A DNA stretch of 64,000 nt, taken from the IMG/VR virus record IMGVR_UViG_3300032007_000001, one strand, 5' to 3'. This document shows positions 10,753 through 20,700 of this stretch, one piece after another. Under the pieces are notes generated by a model. That model made no database searches. It saw nothing but the letters and a program-made list of their open reading frames with translations, and was not told the DNA's origin. The position numbers and the translations under genes are program-made. Position 1 is the stretch's first letter; every line of letters begins with the position of its first letter. This DNA comes from a virus (lineage: Duplodnaviria; Caudoviricetes).

Positions 10753-11010
10753 ATGTATAGTTGTGTTCAGGTAGATTGTTTTGACGACAATGGAAAAGAA
10801 TTTAAAATCAATATAACAGAAGATTTTTTAGTATCTGCAATATATAATAAGGAATTTATTGTTTATGATGTTAGAGAAGACGGTGTTATTGCAATTTCTA
10901 ATCATGGAGATAAAAAAGTACAAAAATATATTGCAAATAAAATAAGAGAAAAAATTAATTTACAAAAACAAAATTATGTAATAAAATATATCAAAAGAAT
11001 TGGATTTTAA
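10753..11010 (+). CDS. hypothetical protein, C-terminal GF motif
   Basis: ends KRIGF. Confidence 0.65.
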   Translation: MYSCVQVDCFDDNGKEFKINITEDFLVSAIYNKEFIVYDVREDGVIAISNHGDKKVQKYIANKIREKINLQKQNYVIKYIKRIGF

Positions 11011-11310
11011 GTTGCCGCCACACTTTATATAATGTGTGTGGAGAAACGGCACTTAGATGTTGCAGATGTGCCACCTGTAACTTTATATTAATATTATATT
11101 ATGAGGTAGGAAACTTTTAGTTTAAGTATCGGTTGTCTTGGGACTACATTCATGTGGCAAACGAGTGTAACCTACCGAGCTATTCGCTTGGCGAATTTAG
11201 CTAGATTCTCCTGGACAATGCGAGTTGATATGCATAATTGAATCTTTTTATAAGCCATGGCATAAATACTTTCATTACTTCGTCGATTCAATCTATGCAT
11301 TGATACGAAA
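11011..11310 (+). ncRNA. candidate structured ncRNA
   Basis: ORF-free 300 nt with many complementary segments, followed by a terminator. Confidence 0.5.
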
Positions 11311-11312
11311 AT

Positions 11313-11337
11313 AAAGCCGGTCAAATGACCGGCTTTT
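11313..11337. terminator. bidirectional terminator
   Basis: AAAGCCGGTC-AAAT-GACCGGCTTT between convergent units. Confidence 0.85.
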
Positions 11338-11345
11338 AATTTTTA

Positions 11346-11837
11346 TTATTTTTTGATATTAAATGCAATCACCGCAATTTCTGCTGCTTTTTTAAATTTT
11401 TCAAAAATGGTATCAATTTGGTCATGGTGGTCGTAAATACGATTCCAAATTTCTTTACCAATTTCATTACTATATTTTTTAGGAATTGAATTAAGTTCAG
11501 AATTGATGAGTTCATCTCTCATCATATAGAAAAGTTTGTTGATAATCTTGGCCTTTGCATTGCCAATATCGTTTTTGATTTGCTTAACTTTGATTTTGAG
11601 ATTTTCTTCGGCTTCGATTCTTTCTTTTTTAGTCATTGGTTTATTGTCAAGTTCTTCAGTAATGTTGTCAACCACTGTTTTAAGACGATTACGCACGGCT
11701 TCGAATTCAGATTCAATTTTATTAAGAGCTTGATATACATCATAGCTATTCAACAAATTCAATTTCTTTGTAACATTTGTAAGAATTGCATTTGCAATTT
11801 CATCATTAATGATATTATCAATATCAAACATTTTCAT
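11346..11837 (-). CDS. hypothetical helical protein
   Basis: 163 aa, AAGGAG RBS, promoter upstream. Confidence 0.75.
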   Translation of the reverse strand: MKMFDIDNIINDEIANAILTNVTKKLNLLNSYDVYQALNKIESEFEAVRNRLKTVVDNITEELDNKPMTKKERIEAEENLKIKVKQIKNDIGNAKAKIINKLFYMMRDELINSELNSIPKKYSNEIGKEIWNRIYDHHDQIDTIFEKFKKAAEIAVIAFNIKK

Positions 11838-11861
11838 TCACTCCTTTTTATTTGCGGTTAC

Positions 11862-11897
11862 ATTATACAACAAAATGAAATAAATGTAAATAGTTTT
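11862..11897 (-). promoter_or_regulatory. phage early-type promoter
   Basis: AAAACTA-TTTACA-N17-TATAAT on the minus strand. Confidence 0.75.
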
Positions 11898-11959
11898 GTG
11901 AAAAAATTTAATTAAATGTTGATTATATTTAGTTTTTGTGTTCTTAATAGAATAAATAG

Positions 11960-12130
11960 TAAGTCATTTGACCGACTTCTTGTGATGAAGATACGTTCTT
12001 GGCTGTTAGAATTGAGATTGTGGTAATTCTTTATCGAAGTTCTAACATACCGTGAAGTCAGTTCGTTAGTCGCTTGAAAGGAAACGATGGGTCAAAAGGT
12101 CATGTGGGCCGCTTGTCGCAATTGGTCGAA
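11960..12130 (+). ncRNA. candidate structured 5' leader or cis-regulatory RNA
   Basis: nested stems TTTGACC/GGTCAAA, GACTTC/GAAGTC, TGTTAGAATT/AGTTCTAACA. Confidence 0.4.
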
Positions 12131-12147
12131 AATATTAAAATGATGAG

Positions 12148-12816
12148 GTGACGGTTTATTTCACGGTTGAACATCTAATAATGAGTAATGAGGTCTTAAA
12201 GAAGTTAGCTATAGTAGCTATGTCAAGTATTGTATTAATGTGTGGTTTCACATGCTACAAGATTTCTGGTATTGCAAACAATATCTCAAGTATTGTAGAA
12301 TCTGGTGAAACATTAAAAAATAACATTAATGAAGTAGCTCAACGAACTAAAACTTTTTCAGACAACATCAAGGATGCTAATCAATCATTGGAAGATTTCA
12401 AGGTTAAAAAAGAAGAGTTAAAATTATATCTCAAACAACTTGAAGAAAAAAACAACGAATTACAATCTTCGCTCACTTTACTTCGTAGTAAACTTAATAC
12501 ATCTCGTGGTGAAGGAAGATATATCGAAGTTGAATGCACAGCTTATACTCTTGGTGGGAATACAGCTACTGGTTTTCCATTATATGGATTATCAAGAGAA
12601 GAAGCTATGGTAATTGCAGTGGACCCAGATATTATTCCACTCGGTTCACAAGTATATATTGAATTTGATGATGATTGGAGCCATTATAACGGTGTATATA
12701 CAGCATCAGATACTGGCGGAGCAATTGATGGACATATTATAGATGTATTTGTTGGACATGGTAACGATGATGAAGCTATGTCATTTGGCCGTAGGTCTGC
12801 AATCGTGAAATTTTAA
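12148..12816 (+). CDS. membrane-anchored coiled-coil 3D-domain cell-wall enzyme
   Basis: N-terminal TM; TAYT, IAVDPDIIPLGS, DTGGAI, IDVF; start may be 12181. Confidence 0.88.
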   Translation: MTVYFTVEHLIMSNEVLKKLAIVAMSSIVLMCGFTCYKISGIANNISSIVESGETLKNNINEVAQRTKTFSDNIKDANQSLEDFKVKKEELKLYLKQLEEKNNELQSSLTLLRSKLNTSRGEGRYIEVECTAYTLGGNTATGFPLYGLSREEAMVIAVDPDIIPLGSQVYIEFDDDWSHYNGVYTASDTGGAIDGHIIDVFVGHGNDDEAMSFGRRSAIVKF

Positions 12817-12869
12817 GCCGAAATTAAAATATTTTGTTTAAAATTTTTAGAATAAGAAGGGTATAATTT

Positions 12870-13229
12870 ATGAAACACTTAAAAAAAATGGCAAAAAAAG
12901 ATTATAGTCATTTGGTCGGAAAGCTTCTTAAAGATGATTTAGATATGGGTCCGATTGATGAATCTAAATCATCTTATGTGGAAAGAGCATTTATTGTAGA
13001 CGGAAAAAATTTAATGGAATTATCAAATGATGAAGCTATTTTAGTAAGCGCGAAAGCTGGATTAATGTATGGAGAAGATTTTGTTATTCCAGCTGGTGCA
13101 GAAGTTACTGAAGCTAAAGAAACTGTTAATGGTAATTTAGAAGCAACGTTTAAGGCCAATGGTCATAACATTAAAGTTTTTGAAATAGCTTTTGATTCAG
13201 AAGAAGATATTGATAGTTTTTTTGCTTAA
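12870..13229 (+). CDS. acidic hypothetical protein, MKHLKKMA N-terminus
   Basis: 119 aa. Confidence 0.75.
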   Translation: MKHLKKMAKKDYSHLVGKLLKDDLDMGPIDESKSSYVERAFIVDGKNLMELSNDEAILVSAKAGLMYGEDFVIPAGAEVTEAKETVNGNLEATFKANGHNIKVFEIAFDSEEDIDSFFA

Positions 13230-13251
13230 TTTAATTTTTTTTATATTAAAA

Positions 13252-13275
13252 AAGCCTTGGCATTTGCCAAGGCTT
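13252..13275. terminator. bidirectional terminator
   Basis: AAGCCTTGGC-ATTT-GCCAAGGCTT. Confidence 0.8.
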
Positions 13276-13279
13276 AATT

Positions 13280-13546
13280 TTATTTGATGTTTATTACAAG
13301 TTTTTGTCCAGGAGTGATATTGCCAGATTTTCCGTTAAGTTCTGGATTGTCTTTTATGATGTCGTAAATAATCTGATTGATATATCTACTATCTTTCTTT
13401 GTATATTCTGACGCAATATCGAAAATTGTATCGCCAGATTTTACAACGTAGATTTCGGTATTTTTGATTTCCGGTTCTGGATTATAAAATGCAGCACCAA
13501 TCAGTCCAACGAGCATAATCATTTTCATACTTTTTTTAATCTTCAT
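13280..13546 (-). CDS. LysM domain protein (YneA-like architecture)
   Basis: N-terminal hydrophobic segment; YVVKSGDTIFDIA...ITPGQKLVI. Confidence 0.88.
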   Translation of the reverse strand: MKIKKSMKMIMLVGLIGAAFYNPEPEIKNTEIYVVKSGDTIFDIASEYTKKDSRYINQIIYDIIKDNPELNGKSGNITPGQKLVINIK

Positions 13547-13572
13547 GGAAAATCTCCCCTTTCTGTATAGTG

Positions 13573-13601
13573 ATTATACCACGAAATTCAAAAATTGTAA
13601 A
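13573..13601 (-). promoter_or_regulatory. early-type promoter for LysM gene
   Basis: TTTACA-N17-TATAAT with GTGG extension. Confidence 0.75.
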
Positions 13602-13681
13602 TAAAAAAATACATTTTTCTATGTACTTTTGAAAAAAATGTGTTAAAATAATAATTGGATAAATGTTGAGGAGAAAAAGCC

Positions 13682-14317
13682 ATGCAGACATTAAATCAAT
13701 TTAGGATAGAACAATTGTTTGAATTGAATATATTTGGGTGGTTTGAACATTACTTAAAATTCTGTGATACAGACACTTTTCAAGCTATAAGAACAAATAT
13801 GGCTAAATATATAAGCAATTATGAAAATTCAGAAGGAATTGACGCAGATGTTATTATTAGCTATTTGAATGATGGTGCTGACAATCTGATTTCTGATTTT
13901 GAACGCAAAATAGCAAAAAATTATTCGCAAACACTTATAAAAAAAGTTAATGATGTATTTGTTCCTTTATATATAAAAACATACAATGATATAATGAAGT
14001 CAAAAGATGTTTTCTTCTATTTAATGTTTTCAAAATATAAAGTTTCTTTTGAAAAAGACGAATATATTATAACAGAAAAATTTCCAGAGAACGAATTTTA
14101 TGCAAAAAACGTAGATGATTTATTTTGGCTTTATGATATTGAGGAATTTGAGTTTGATTTATACAACTGTATAATTCAAGATGATTGGGCTGAAAGTAAA
14201 TTGTCTGACAAATTTGTTAGACATTCATACAAACATTCTTATTTTATTGAAGATTTATATACAATTTTACAATTAAAAAAGATGTTGTTTATAGAAGAAT
14301 TAAAAAAATTTGATTAA
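13682..14317 (+). CDS. hypothetical protein
   Basis: 211 aa, GAGGAG RBS. Confidence 0.75.
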   Translation: MQTLNQFRIEQLFELNIFGWFEHYLKFCDTDTFQAIRTNMAKYISNYENSEGIDADVIISYLNDGADNLISDFERKIAKNYSQTLIKKVNDVFVPLYIKTYNDIMKSKDVFFYLMFSKYKVSFEKDEYIITEKFPENEFYAKNVDDLFWLYDIEEFEFDLYNCIIQDDWAESKLSDKFVRHSYKHSYFIEDLYTILQLKKMLFIEELKKFD

Positions 14318-14390
14318 CGAAATTTTCAAAATCCGTTCTGATATTGCGAGACTAAAAGAAAAAATTTTTCAAAAATTGCAAAAAAATTGC

Positions 14391-14428
14391 AAAAAACTAT
14401 TTACAAATGTTGAGAATTGTGGTATAAT
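14391..14428 (+). promoter_or_regulatory. strong early-type promoter
   Basis: AAAAAACTA-TTTACA-N17-TATAAT, TGTGG extension, A-rich UP element. Confidence 0.85.
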
Positions 14429-14481
14429 CTAACCATAAGGTAAAGGTAAACAACTTATAGAAACGAAGGGAGAAATTAACA

Positions 14482-14928
14482 ATGACGAAGGCAATGCAGA
14501 TGAAGAACGTACAGGCTCAGAAGGTTCAGGATATCAAGGCTGATATCGATGCTCGCATCAAGATGATGATGGAGCTCAAGGCTCAGATTGATGCCATGAA
14601 CAAGCAGTACAAGGAAGCTCAGGTTGAGTTTGAGGCCACTTACTACACGCTGCCGAACGACCAGGCTGAGGTTGTTGAGGGTAACGAGTACATGGCCACT
14701 AAGACTCCGGTGCTCACGAAGCAGGAATATGATGTCAAGGCTCTGCAGATTGTGCTCAACAATTCTGATGCTGATGCTGGCGAAATCATCTCTCGCAAAG
14801 TGGTTTATGTGGTTGACAAGAAGGCTCTCAATTCTGCAATCAAGTCCGGCAAGGTTGCTCAGAACCTCGTTGACCAGACTCTCCATGGTAACCAGAGCTA
14901 TCGCACCACTATGGAGCATAAGGCTTAA
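14482..14928 (+). CDS. putative early protein with GC-richer codon usage
   Basis: 148 aa, AAG/CTC/GCT-rich codons, strong promoter and RBS. Confidence 0.8.
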   Translation: MTKAMQMKNVQAQKVQDIKADIDARIKMMMELKAQIDAMNKQYKEAQVEFEATYYTLPNDQAEVVEGNEYMATKTPVLTKQEYDVKALQIVLNNSDADAGEIISRKVVYVVDKKALNSAIKSGKVAQNLVDQTLHGNQSYRTTMEHKA

Positions 14929-15039
14929 TTCAAACAGCAAAAATAAAATCGAATAGGAGGTATAGAAAAAAAGGAGGGGCTAGAAATAGCCTCTCCACGT
15001 TCCACGTTAATCTAAAGAGAGAAAAGGAGAAAAACAAAG

Positions 15040-15339
15040 ATGCTGAACACAAATCAACTCTATCACAATGGGAAAAAGAAACTTTTCACCGCAAACACAA
15101 AGAACGTTGAATTTGATGTACCATTTAGCAACGAAAGCAATGGCGCTATCATTGAAATCCAGAGCCACAAAACAAACAATGTAACGAAATGGGTAATGGA
15201 TTCTATTTGGTTCCGTGAAGGAAAAGCATATAGCATGAAATTTGTGCCTGCACAGGAAAGTATTGAAGCATATCCTCGTCTAGCCGGTTATCGTTTTGTT
15301 GTGTATGACGATAAAGAAGGTGAAAAAAATGACAACTGA
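15040..15339 (+). CDS. hypothetical protein
   Basis: 99 aa, AAGGAG RBS. Confidence 0.75.
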   Translation: MLNTNQLYHNGKKKLFTANTKNVEFDVPFSNESNGAIIEIQSHKTNNVTKWVMDSIWFREGKAYSMKFVPAQESIEAYPRLAGYRFVVYDDKEGEKNDN

Positions 15340-15595
15340 CGAAGTGATTTTCGGAGTAGCTTTATCGCTTATTGGATGCATTACAATTATTTGTATGTAT
15401 TTTATGAGCAATATCTTTGACGTTCAAAGAAAGAAACTTGAAATCGAAGAAATGAAGTTAAAGAAAGAACTTGGAATCAAAGAAGATTTGGATTGCGGAT
15501 ATATGCCGGGTATGTGGATGACAAAGACAGAGACCATTTATGGAGACAAAGACAATGAACGACAGACATCGTCAAAAACCAAAGTCTCGGCCTGA
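15329..15595 (+). CDS. small membrane protein
   Basis: single TM VIFGVALSLIGCITIICMYF. Confidence 0.65.
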   Translation: MTTDEVIFGVALSLIGCITIICMYFMSNIFDVQRKKLEIEEMKLKKELGIKEDLDCGYMPGMWMTKTETIYGDKDNERQTSSKTKVSA

Positions 15596-15917
15596 TACAA
15601 TCCCAAAATATAATAGAGACAAACAATGTTGGAAAGTAAGAATTGACGATAGAGTTGAGACAGGTTCTCTTTTGTATGTTTTTGGAGAATTTGCCAAAAC
15701 TGGTTTATACTATCCATTCAAAACAAGCGACAATTTGATTCGTCAATATGAAGAACATGCACATTCTTTTGAAGGTGTTTTGCAAGCACTTCTTAGAAAT
15801 CCAGAAAAGTTTTCTATAAAAGGCGACGAATCATATTATTCGGAACAAGAAATTGAAATGCTTGAAGATGTACAAAATAGGCTTTTGTCAATGAAGGAGG
15901 AAAGGGAAGATATGTAG
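15555..15917 (+). CDS. hypothetical protein
   Basis: GGAG RBS, operon context. Confidence 0.7.
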   Translation: MNDRHRQKPKSRPDTIPKYNRDKQCWKVRIDDRVETGSLLYVFGEFAKTGLYYPFKTSDNLIRQYEEHAHSFEGVLQALLRNPEKFSIKGDESYYSEQEIEMLEDVQNRLLSMKEEREDM

Positions 15918-15928
15918 TTCTTCCCTTT

Positions 15929-16510
15929 TTGTATAACATGGATTTTTTTGCACCTTATATTGGAAGTAATTATTATAAATATAGGATTTTATTGGTTGGA
16001 GAAAGTCATTATTTTTCTAATAAACAAAATTTTTCAGTTAAAGATTGGTATGATAATAAAATTATATTAACAGAAGAATTGAAAAAACAATGCTATACAA
16101 AATCTATTGTAAACGATTTTTTGAACGGCAAAAAGAAAATATATACTATATATCGTTTCCCTGCCAAAGTAATTGGTAAATTACTTAATAAAAACGATTA
16201 TGAGGCATTTACATACGTCGCTTTCTTTAATTTTTTTCAACGACCGAATTTTCAAAAAGGAAGCATTGATGTAAACGATTTGGATATAAAATATGGAAAT
16301 GAAGCTTTTAAGAAAAATTATGAAATGTTAAAGCCGCAAATAACATTGTTTTTATCCAAAAAAGCTTTTGAATGTTTGGAAAATAAATATAATTGTCATT
16401 GTTTAGTACATCCAAGTTCCGCTTGGTGGTATAAGAATGATGGAAAATTGGGATGTAAAAAAATGGAAGAGTTATTAGGACCGATTATAATGAAAGGAGA
16501 ATTGAAATGA
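15929..16510 (+). CDS. uracil-DNA glycosylase superfamily protein
   Basis: ILLVGESHY, FFNFFQ, LKPQITLFLSK, HPSS motifs. Confidence 0.7.
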   Translation: MYNMDFFAPYIGSNYYKYRILLVGESHYFSNKQNFSVKDWYDNKIILTEELKKQCYTKSIVNDFLNGKKKIYTIYRFPAKVIGKLLNKNDYEAFTYVAFFNFFQRPNFQKGSIDVNDLDIKYGNEAFKKNYEMLKPQITLFLSKKAFECLENKYNCHCLVHPSSAWWYKNDGKLGCKKMEELLGPIIMKGELK

Positions 16511-16749
16511 AATTGCTGGATATAATTGAAGAAGAAATTAATCACACGAAAGATATGAAAAAACGCATTGCATTGCTTGAAATGCATTTCTTTTTGACTA
16601 AAAATTCTAGTGAAAATTATAGAGACATTGATATGCTGAAACGTTTGACTTTATTCCAGCAAAGTTGTTTCTCAATTGATAGCGAAAATAGTAGATTCAA
16701 AGTGGCTTGTGCCAATCACATAAAAGATAAATATAAAAAGAAAAAGTGA
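16507..16749 (+). CDS. hypothetical protein
   Basis: 80 aa, AAGGAG RBS. Confidence 0.65.
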   Translation: MKLLDIIEEEINHTKDMKKRIALLEMHFFLTKNSSENYRDIDMLKRLTLFQQSCFSIDSENSRFKVACANHIKDKYKKKK

Positions 16750-16762
16750 GGAAAAAAAATCC

Positions 16763-16972
16763 TCACTTATCATTATATCTTGTATCAAAAAATTCTTCAT
16801 CATTATAATCTTGTATTTCTTGGTCTGCTGCTTTTCTATATTTTGTATCGAAAAATGTTCTTGAACTTTTGCAATAACTGCATGTACCGTGATTTCTACA
16901 TGAATAGTCTACTGCTTTTGCTCCCTTGAATTCTTGTCTCCAGTCTTTGCCCATGTGTTTGTCAAAACTCAT
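16763..16972 (-). CDS. small Cys/His phage protein
   Basis: SCRNHGTCSYC motif, AAGGAGG RBS. Confidence 0.7.
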   Translation of the reverse strand: MSFDKHMGKDWRQEFKGAKAVDYSCRNHGTCSYCKSSRTFFDTKYRKAADQEIQDYNDEEFFDTRYNDK

Positions 16973-17286
16973 AACGTTTCCTCCTTAAGTGATTTTATGT
17001 AAGTTGGAAATTTATCAGCGAATTCTATAAGTTCTAACGCGCCACTCAACGTGTTGGCTTTATTATTCAATGTTTTGAAAGTACTTTCAAGATTTGCTAA
17101 TCCTTCTTGGAATTTTTTTCCGCCAGATATATCAAAATCATCTTCACTATATGAAGCCAACTTTAAGTTGACCATGTCATAACTTTTTCGTAATTCATCA
17201 TTAATATTAATTCTTATTGGAAGGAGTTTGATATTGTGTCTTAAGATATGAAATAATGTTTTTGTCTGCATAATTTTTTCACCCAA
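16969..17286 (-). CDS. hypothetical protein
   Basis: 105 aa, coupled to the next gene. Confidence 0.65.
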   Translation of the reverse strand: MGEKIMQTKTLFHILRHNIKLLPIRININDELRKSYDMVNLKLASYSEDDFDISGGKKFQEGLANLESTFKTLNNKANTLSGALELIEFADKFPTYIKSLKEETL

Positions 17287-17379
17287 ATTATTTTATTTAT
17301 TTCCTTGGAAACAAAAATTAAAAAACGTTTAATTTTCTAGAATAAAAAAATTATAATTTTTAAGGAGTGATATATCACA

Positions 17380-17763
17380 ATGAACAAAGAGCTTCAAACT
17401 TATATTGACAATAATTTCGCAAAAATCACAAAGGCAAGGAAACTTTCCAAAGCGAATATTATGAAGCTCAAACATGCGGAGTTTATTAGAATGGACGGGA
17501 CCGGTTATTATCAATTCGTTTCATTAGATAAACTCAATAAATCTGTAAAGGTTAAAACTATAAAAGGTACAGATTGGTTTGACTACGAAGATGTCTTAAA
17601 AGATGATGCATGCAAGATATTGAATAAATTATTTGCCGCTTCCAAAACATTTCAAGAAATGCATGGAATAGGTGTTGGAGAATCTTCATTAAAGGATATA
17701 TTAAAGCAATTAGACAAATTTGTAGACAAACCTTTTGATATATTGGATTGTAAGAAAAAATAA
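17380..17763 (+). CDS. hypothetical basic protein
   Basis: 127 aa, AAGGAG RBS. Confidence 0.7.
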   Translation: MNKELQTYIDNNFAKITKARKLSKANIMKLKHAEFIRMDGTGYYQFVSLDKLNKSVKVKTIKGTDWFDYEDVLKDDACKILNKLFAASKTFQEMHGIGVGESSLKDILKQLDKFVDKPFDILDCKKK

Positions 17764-17813
17764 AAAAACTATTTACACTTCCTGTTATTTAATAAATAGC
17801 AGGAGGTGGGAAC

Positions 17814-18221
17814 GTGGAGAAAATAACGGATATACAAAAAAAAGAATATCCTAATTATATTCTCTATGTCGATTATGAATCAAAACGTCATCCGAATGCG
17901 CATATAATGGAAGGAAATAAAAACATACAATATGTAAAAATAGATGCCGATAATACATTAGATGCGCTAAGAAAAGCAGAAGGTTTTATTCATACGTATT
18001 TTGAGCATCTTTATTTGTGTGACATATATGAAAAAACAGATAAAGAAAATGAGAGGGGTTGTCCGATTTATCATGCATTGCTAAGAACAAGAGTAATGTC
18101 AGACCCATGGAATAGAATGAAAGATATAGATTGGCATCTTGCTGATTCTTGTCATGGAGAATATGATATAGAGGATAGGACATTTTATCACGATTTATTG
18201 AAAAATCTAAAAACGCTTTAA
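17814..18221 (+). CDS. hypothetical protein
   Basis: 135 aa, AGGAGG RBS. Confidence 0.75.
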   Translation: MEKITDIQKKEYPNYILYVDYESKRHPNAHIMEGNKNIQYVKIDADNTLDALRKAEGFIHTYFEHLYLCDIYEKTDKENERGCPIYHALLRTRVMSDPWNRMKDIDWHLADSCHGEYDIEDRTFYHDLLKNLKTL

Positions 18222-18251
18222 AAAGAAAAAGAGACGTAGATGTCTCTTTTT

Positions 18252-18593
18252 TTATATGTTTATTGTTTTTCCAAAGTAATTTTTCATTTCATTAATTTTT
18301 AGATTTAATGCTACAACCAAATTATGCCCATTAAATTCAAAAACATAATCTGTTAAATCCCATTTTCTTGTTTCTATAAGTTTGGCATTTTGAGGAACTA
18401 TAATGCAATCTCCACTTATCATTCCTGCTTTAAGAAACAATTCAAAAAGTTCATGAAATGTTAATGTACAAAATTTTATCCCGTCTAATTCTCCGATTAG
18501 TTTTATTTCATCTAAATCACCAATTAACATTAAAATTAAATCTTTTTGAAGTCTTATATTTTGTTGTTTCTTGTCTACGTAAAAATTGTTCAT
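18252..18593 (-). CDS. hypothetical protein
   Basis: 113 aa. Confidence 0.65.
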   Translation of the reverse strand: MNNFYVDKKQQNIRLQKDLILMLIGDLDEIKLIGELDGIKFCTLTFHELFELFLKAGMISGDCIIVPQNAKLIETRKWDLTDYVFEFNGHNLVVALNLKINEMKNYFGKTINI

Positions 18594-18648
18594 TATTTAC
18601 ACCCTTTATTTAAAAAATCATTATATTTATTAATAAACAAAATATTTT

Positions 18649-19053
18649 TCACCTATAAATTTGAAACCGTTTGACTAATGGTTTAATTTTTTCTTCATCC
18701 ATTGGCTTAAATCCAATTGCTATATAGCATGTATTTGAATTTTCATCATGCAAAAGTTCTGTATTACATAAATCGTGTATTTCGAAAAAATCTTCATTTT
18801 CCTTAAAATCCATAGCTAAAGCTTTTTCTTTTATTTTTATGAAATCTTTTGTTTTGGCTCCAAGCAATACTTTTGTATATCCGGTATTGAACCATTCGTT
18901 AATATCTTTATCTATTGATTTATTGTTTTCTATCATATTTGTTAAAAAAGCTATGCTTGCATGTGCTGTCATAACAGCCAATTTTGCCGCAGATACGGGC
19001 TCACCAGACACTGTCGGTGGGTCTTTTCTTAAAACAATATATTGTTTTACCAT
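18649..19053 (-). CDS. peptidyl-tRNA hydrolase type 2 (Pth2 family)
   Basis: KQYIVLRKD, AKLAVMTAHAS, KVLL, IHDLCNTE, IAIGFKP. Confidence 0.82.
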   Translation of the reverse strand: MVKQYIVLRKDPPTVSGEPVSAAKLAVMTAHASIAFLTNMIENNKSIDKDINEWFNTGYTKVLLGAKTKDFIKIKEKALAMDFKENEDFFEIHDLCNTELLHDENSNTCYIAIGFKPMDEEKIKPLVKRFQIYR

Positions 19054-19303
19054 GATATCATCATTTCCTTCTCATTTTTTCTTAATAAAATATATTGTTT
19101 TGTTTTCTCTCACGTTTTGTCTATATCAAAATATATCTTATTCATTTTCAATATCAATGTATTTAGTTTGTTGCAAAAAAAGGATTTATGACAGATTTTT
19201 GAATATCAAAAATTTATGATAACAAAAATTTATTTCTTTTTGTAATGAAATGTATTATAATTACGTCTGTGGTTAAAAGTTGTAGAAAGGATGAGGTATT
19301 GAT

Positions 19304-20050
19304 ATGATTAAGCGACTATCAATTTTGGCAAAATGTAATTGGGTGAAAATTGTTCTTGGTGTGATTGTTGTCATCAATGCATTTCTTGGTTATAAGATAA
19401 TGTCATTGGAACATAAATACACCGAAATACATAGAGAAATGAGCGAATCTCGTAAGGCAAATGAAACTGTTCTTTCAATGTTAAAGGAAATAAGAGATAA
19501 GCAAGAACAACAAGGCGAAGACATCAAACAGGCCATGACAGTGGCTCATAGGAAGAAGATTTCAAATCAAAATGTTATGCAATTGAAGAGTTCCGGTATG
19601 AACATTTATACAGACCTTGGATATTGCAGCGAAATTTCTGTTGATGAAATCAATAAGATAATTGATTATTATGAACAACATGCAAGTCACGGAACAGCCT
19701 TTTCTGGTCATGGAGAAGCATTTATTACAGCGGCAGAGATTACCGGTTTGAATCCAATTTATATATTCGCTCATGCTGCTTGTGAAAGTGATTTTGGACA
19801 GTCATATCTTGGTCAGGTTCATCATAATTATTTCGGAATCAATGCTGTTGATTCAAATCCTGGCGCCGCTTATGTAATGGGTGATGGCGTGGATGCTGGT
19901 ATCATTGCTGGTGCAGTATGGATTAAAGAAAACTATTATGATGATGGTTTGACGAGTTTGAAAGCAATGCATGATGCTGGTTATGCTTCTTCTAATGAAT
20001 GGGCAAATCAAATAGCGTCGATAGCAAATTCTGCAATTAATATTTTGTGA
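19304..20050 (+). CDS. membrane-anchored GH73 glucosaminidase
   Basis: TM plus coiled coil; LNPIYIFAHAACES, NYFGI, YASS..W. Confidence 0.85.
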   Translation: MIKRLSILAKCNWVKIVLGVIVVINAFLGYKIMSLEHKYTEIHREMSESRKANETVLSMLKEIRDKQEQQGEDIKQAMTVAHRKKISNQNVMQLKSSGMNIYTDLGYCSEISVDEINKIIDYYEQHASHGTAFSGHGEAFITAAEITGLNPIYIFAHAACESDFGQSYLGQVHHNYFGINAVDSNPGAAYVMGDGVDAGIIAGAVWIKENYYDDGLTSLKAMHDAGYASSNEWANQIASIANSAINIL

Positions 20051-20165
20051 GAGGGCGGTTAGACCACTTTACATATTTGGGCACATTGAAAAATGTGCCC
20101 ATTTGTATATTTTTTTATATCATAAATTATTTAGTAGTAGAAAAATGATTTTGGAGCGTGTAAAT

Positions 20166-20699
20166 ATGATAGCAGATACAGTAAAAGAAATTTTGGAAAA
20201 TCTTTCAGAAAAAGAATTATATAGAGTTTATTTTGACTATTGTGAAGATGTAAACGAATCTACAGTATATACAATGGATATGTTTGATGAAATAGTAGAT
20301 ACATCTCGTTCTTATAAGGAAGTTAAAGCTCAATTAGCTTCTGATTTTGACGAAAATGACGAATATTTCTATTTTTCTGATAATGGTTATTACGAATCTA
20401 CGAGCGATTTAATTTCTTTGGTTGATTTTGATGATATGGCCCAAACAATGGTAGATAGAGAAGAAGCATATGGTATACAGAAAATAGAAGAAATATTTGA
20501 TGGAACAACATTTGAAGAAAAATTCGAAAAAGAATTTAAGGAACTTGATGAAGAACTTAAAAAATATATATTTGAACAGCTTAAAGTAGATAATTATGAT
20601 GATTTAATTGAAGTAGTATATGATAAAAGAAATGATGAATTAAAAAATATTTTCCCAGAAACGATGGGATATATATTTGATGATTATAAGGTAGAATAA
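20166..20699 (+). CDS. acidic hypothetical protein
   Basis: D/E-rich ORF after GGAG RBS. Confidence 0.7.
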   Translation: MIADTVKEILENLSEKELYRVYFDYCEDVNESTVYTMDMFDEIVDTSRSYKEVKAQLASDFDENDEYFYFSDNGYYESTSDLISLVDFDDMAQTMVDREEAYGIQKIEEIFDGTTFEEKFEKEFKELDEELKKYIFEQLKVDNYDDLIEVVYDKRNDELKNIFPETMGYIFDDYKVE

Positions 20700-20700
20700 T

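Noticed and set aside
11960-12130. c-di-AMP (ydaO) riboswitch
   Set aside because: Gene context fits, but the GCUGAA and GGGG/CCC consensus elements are absent.
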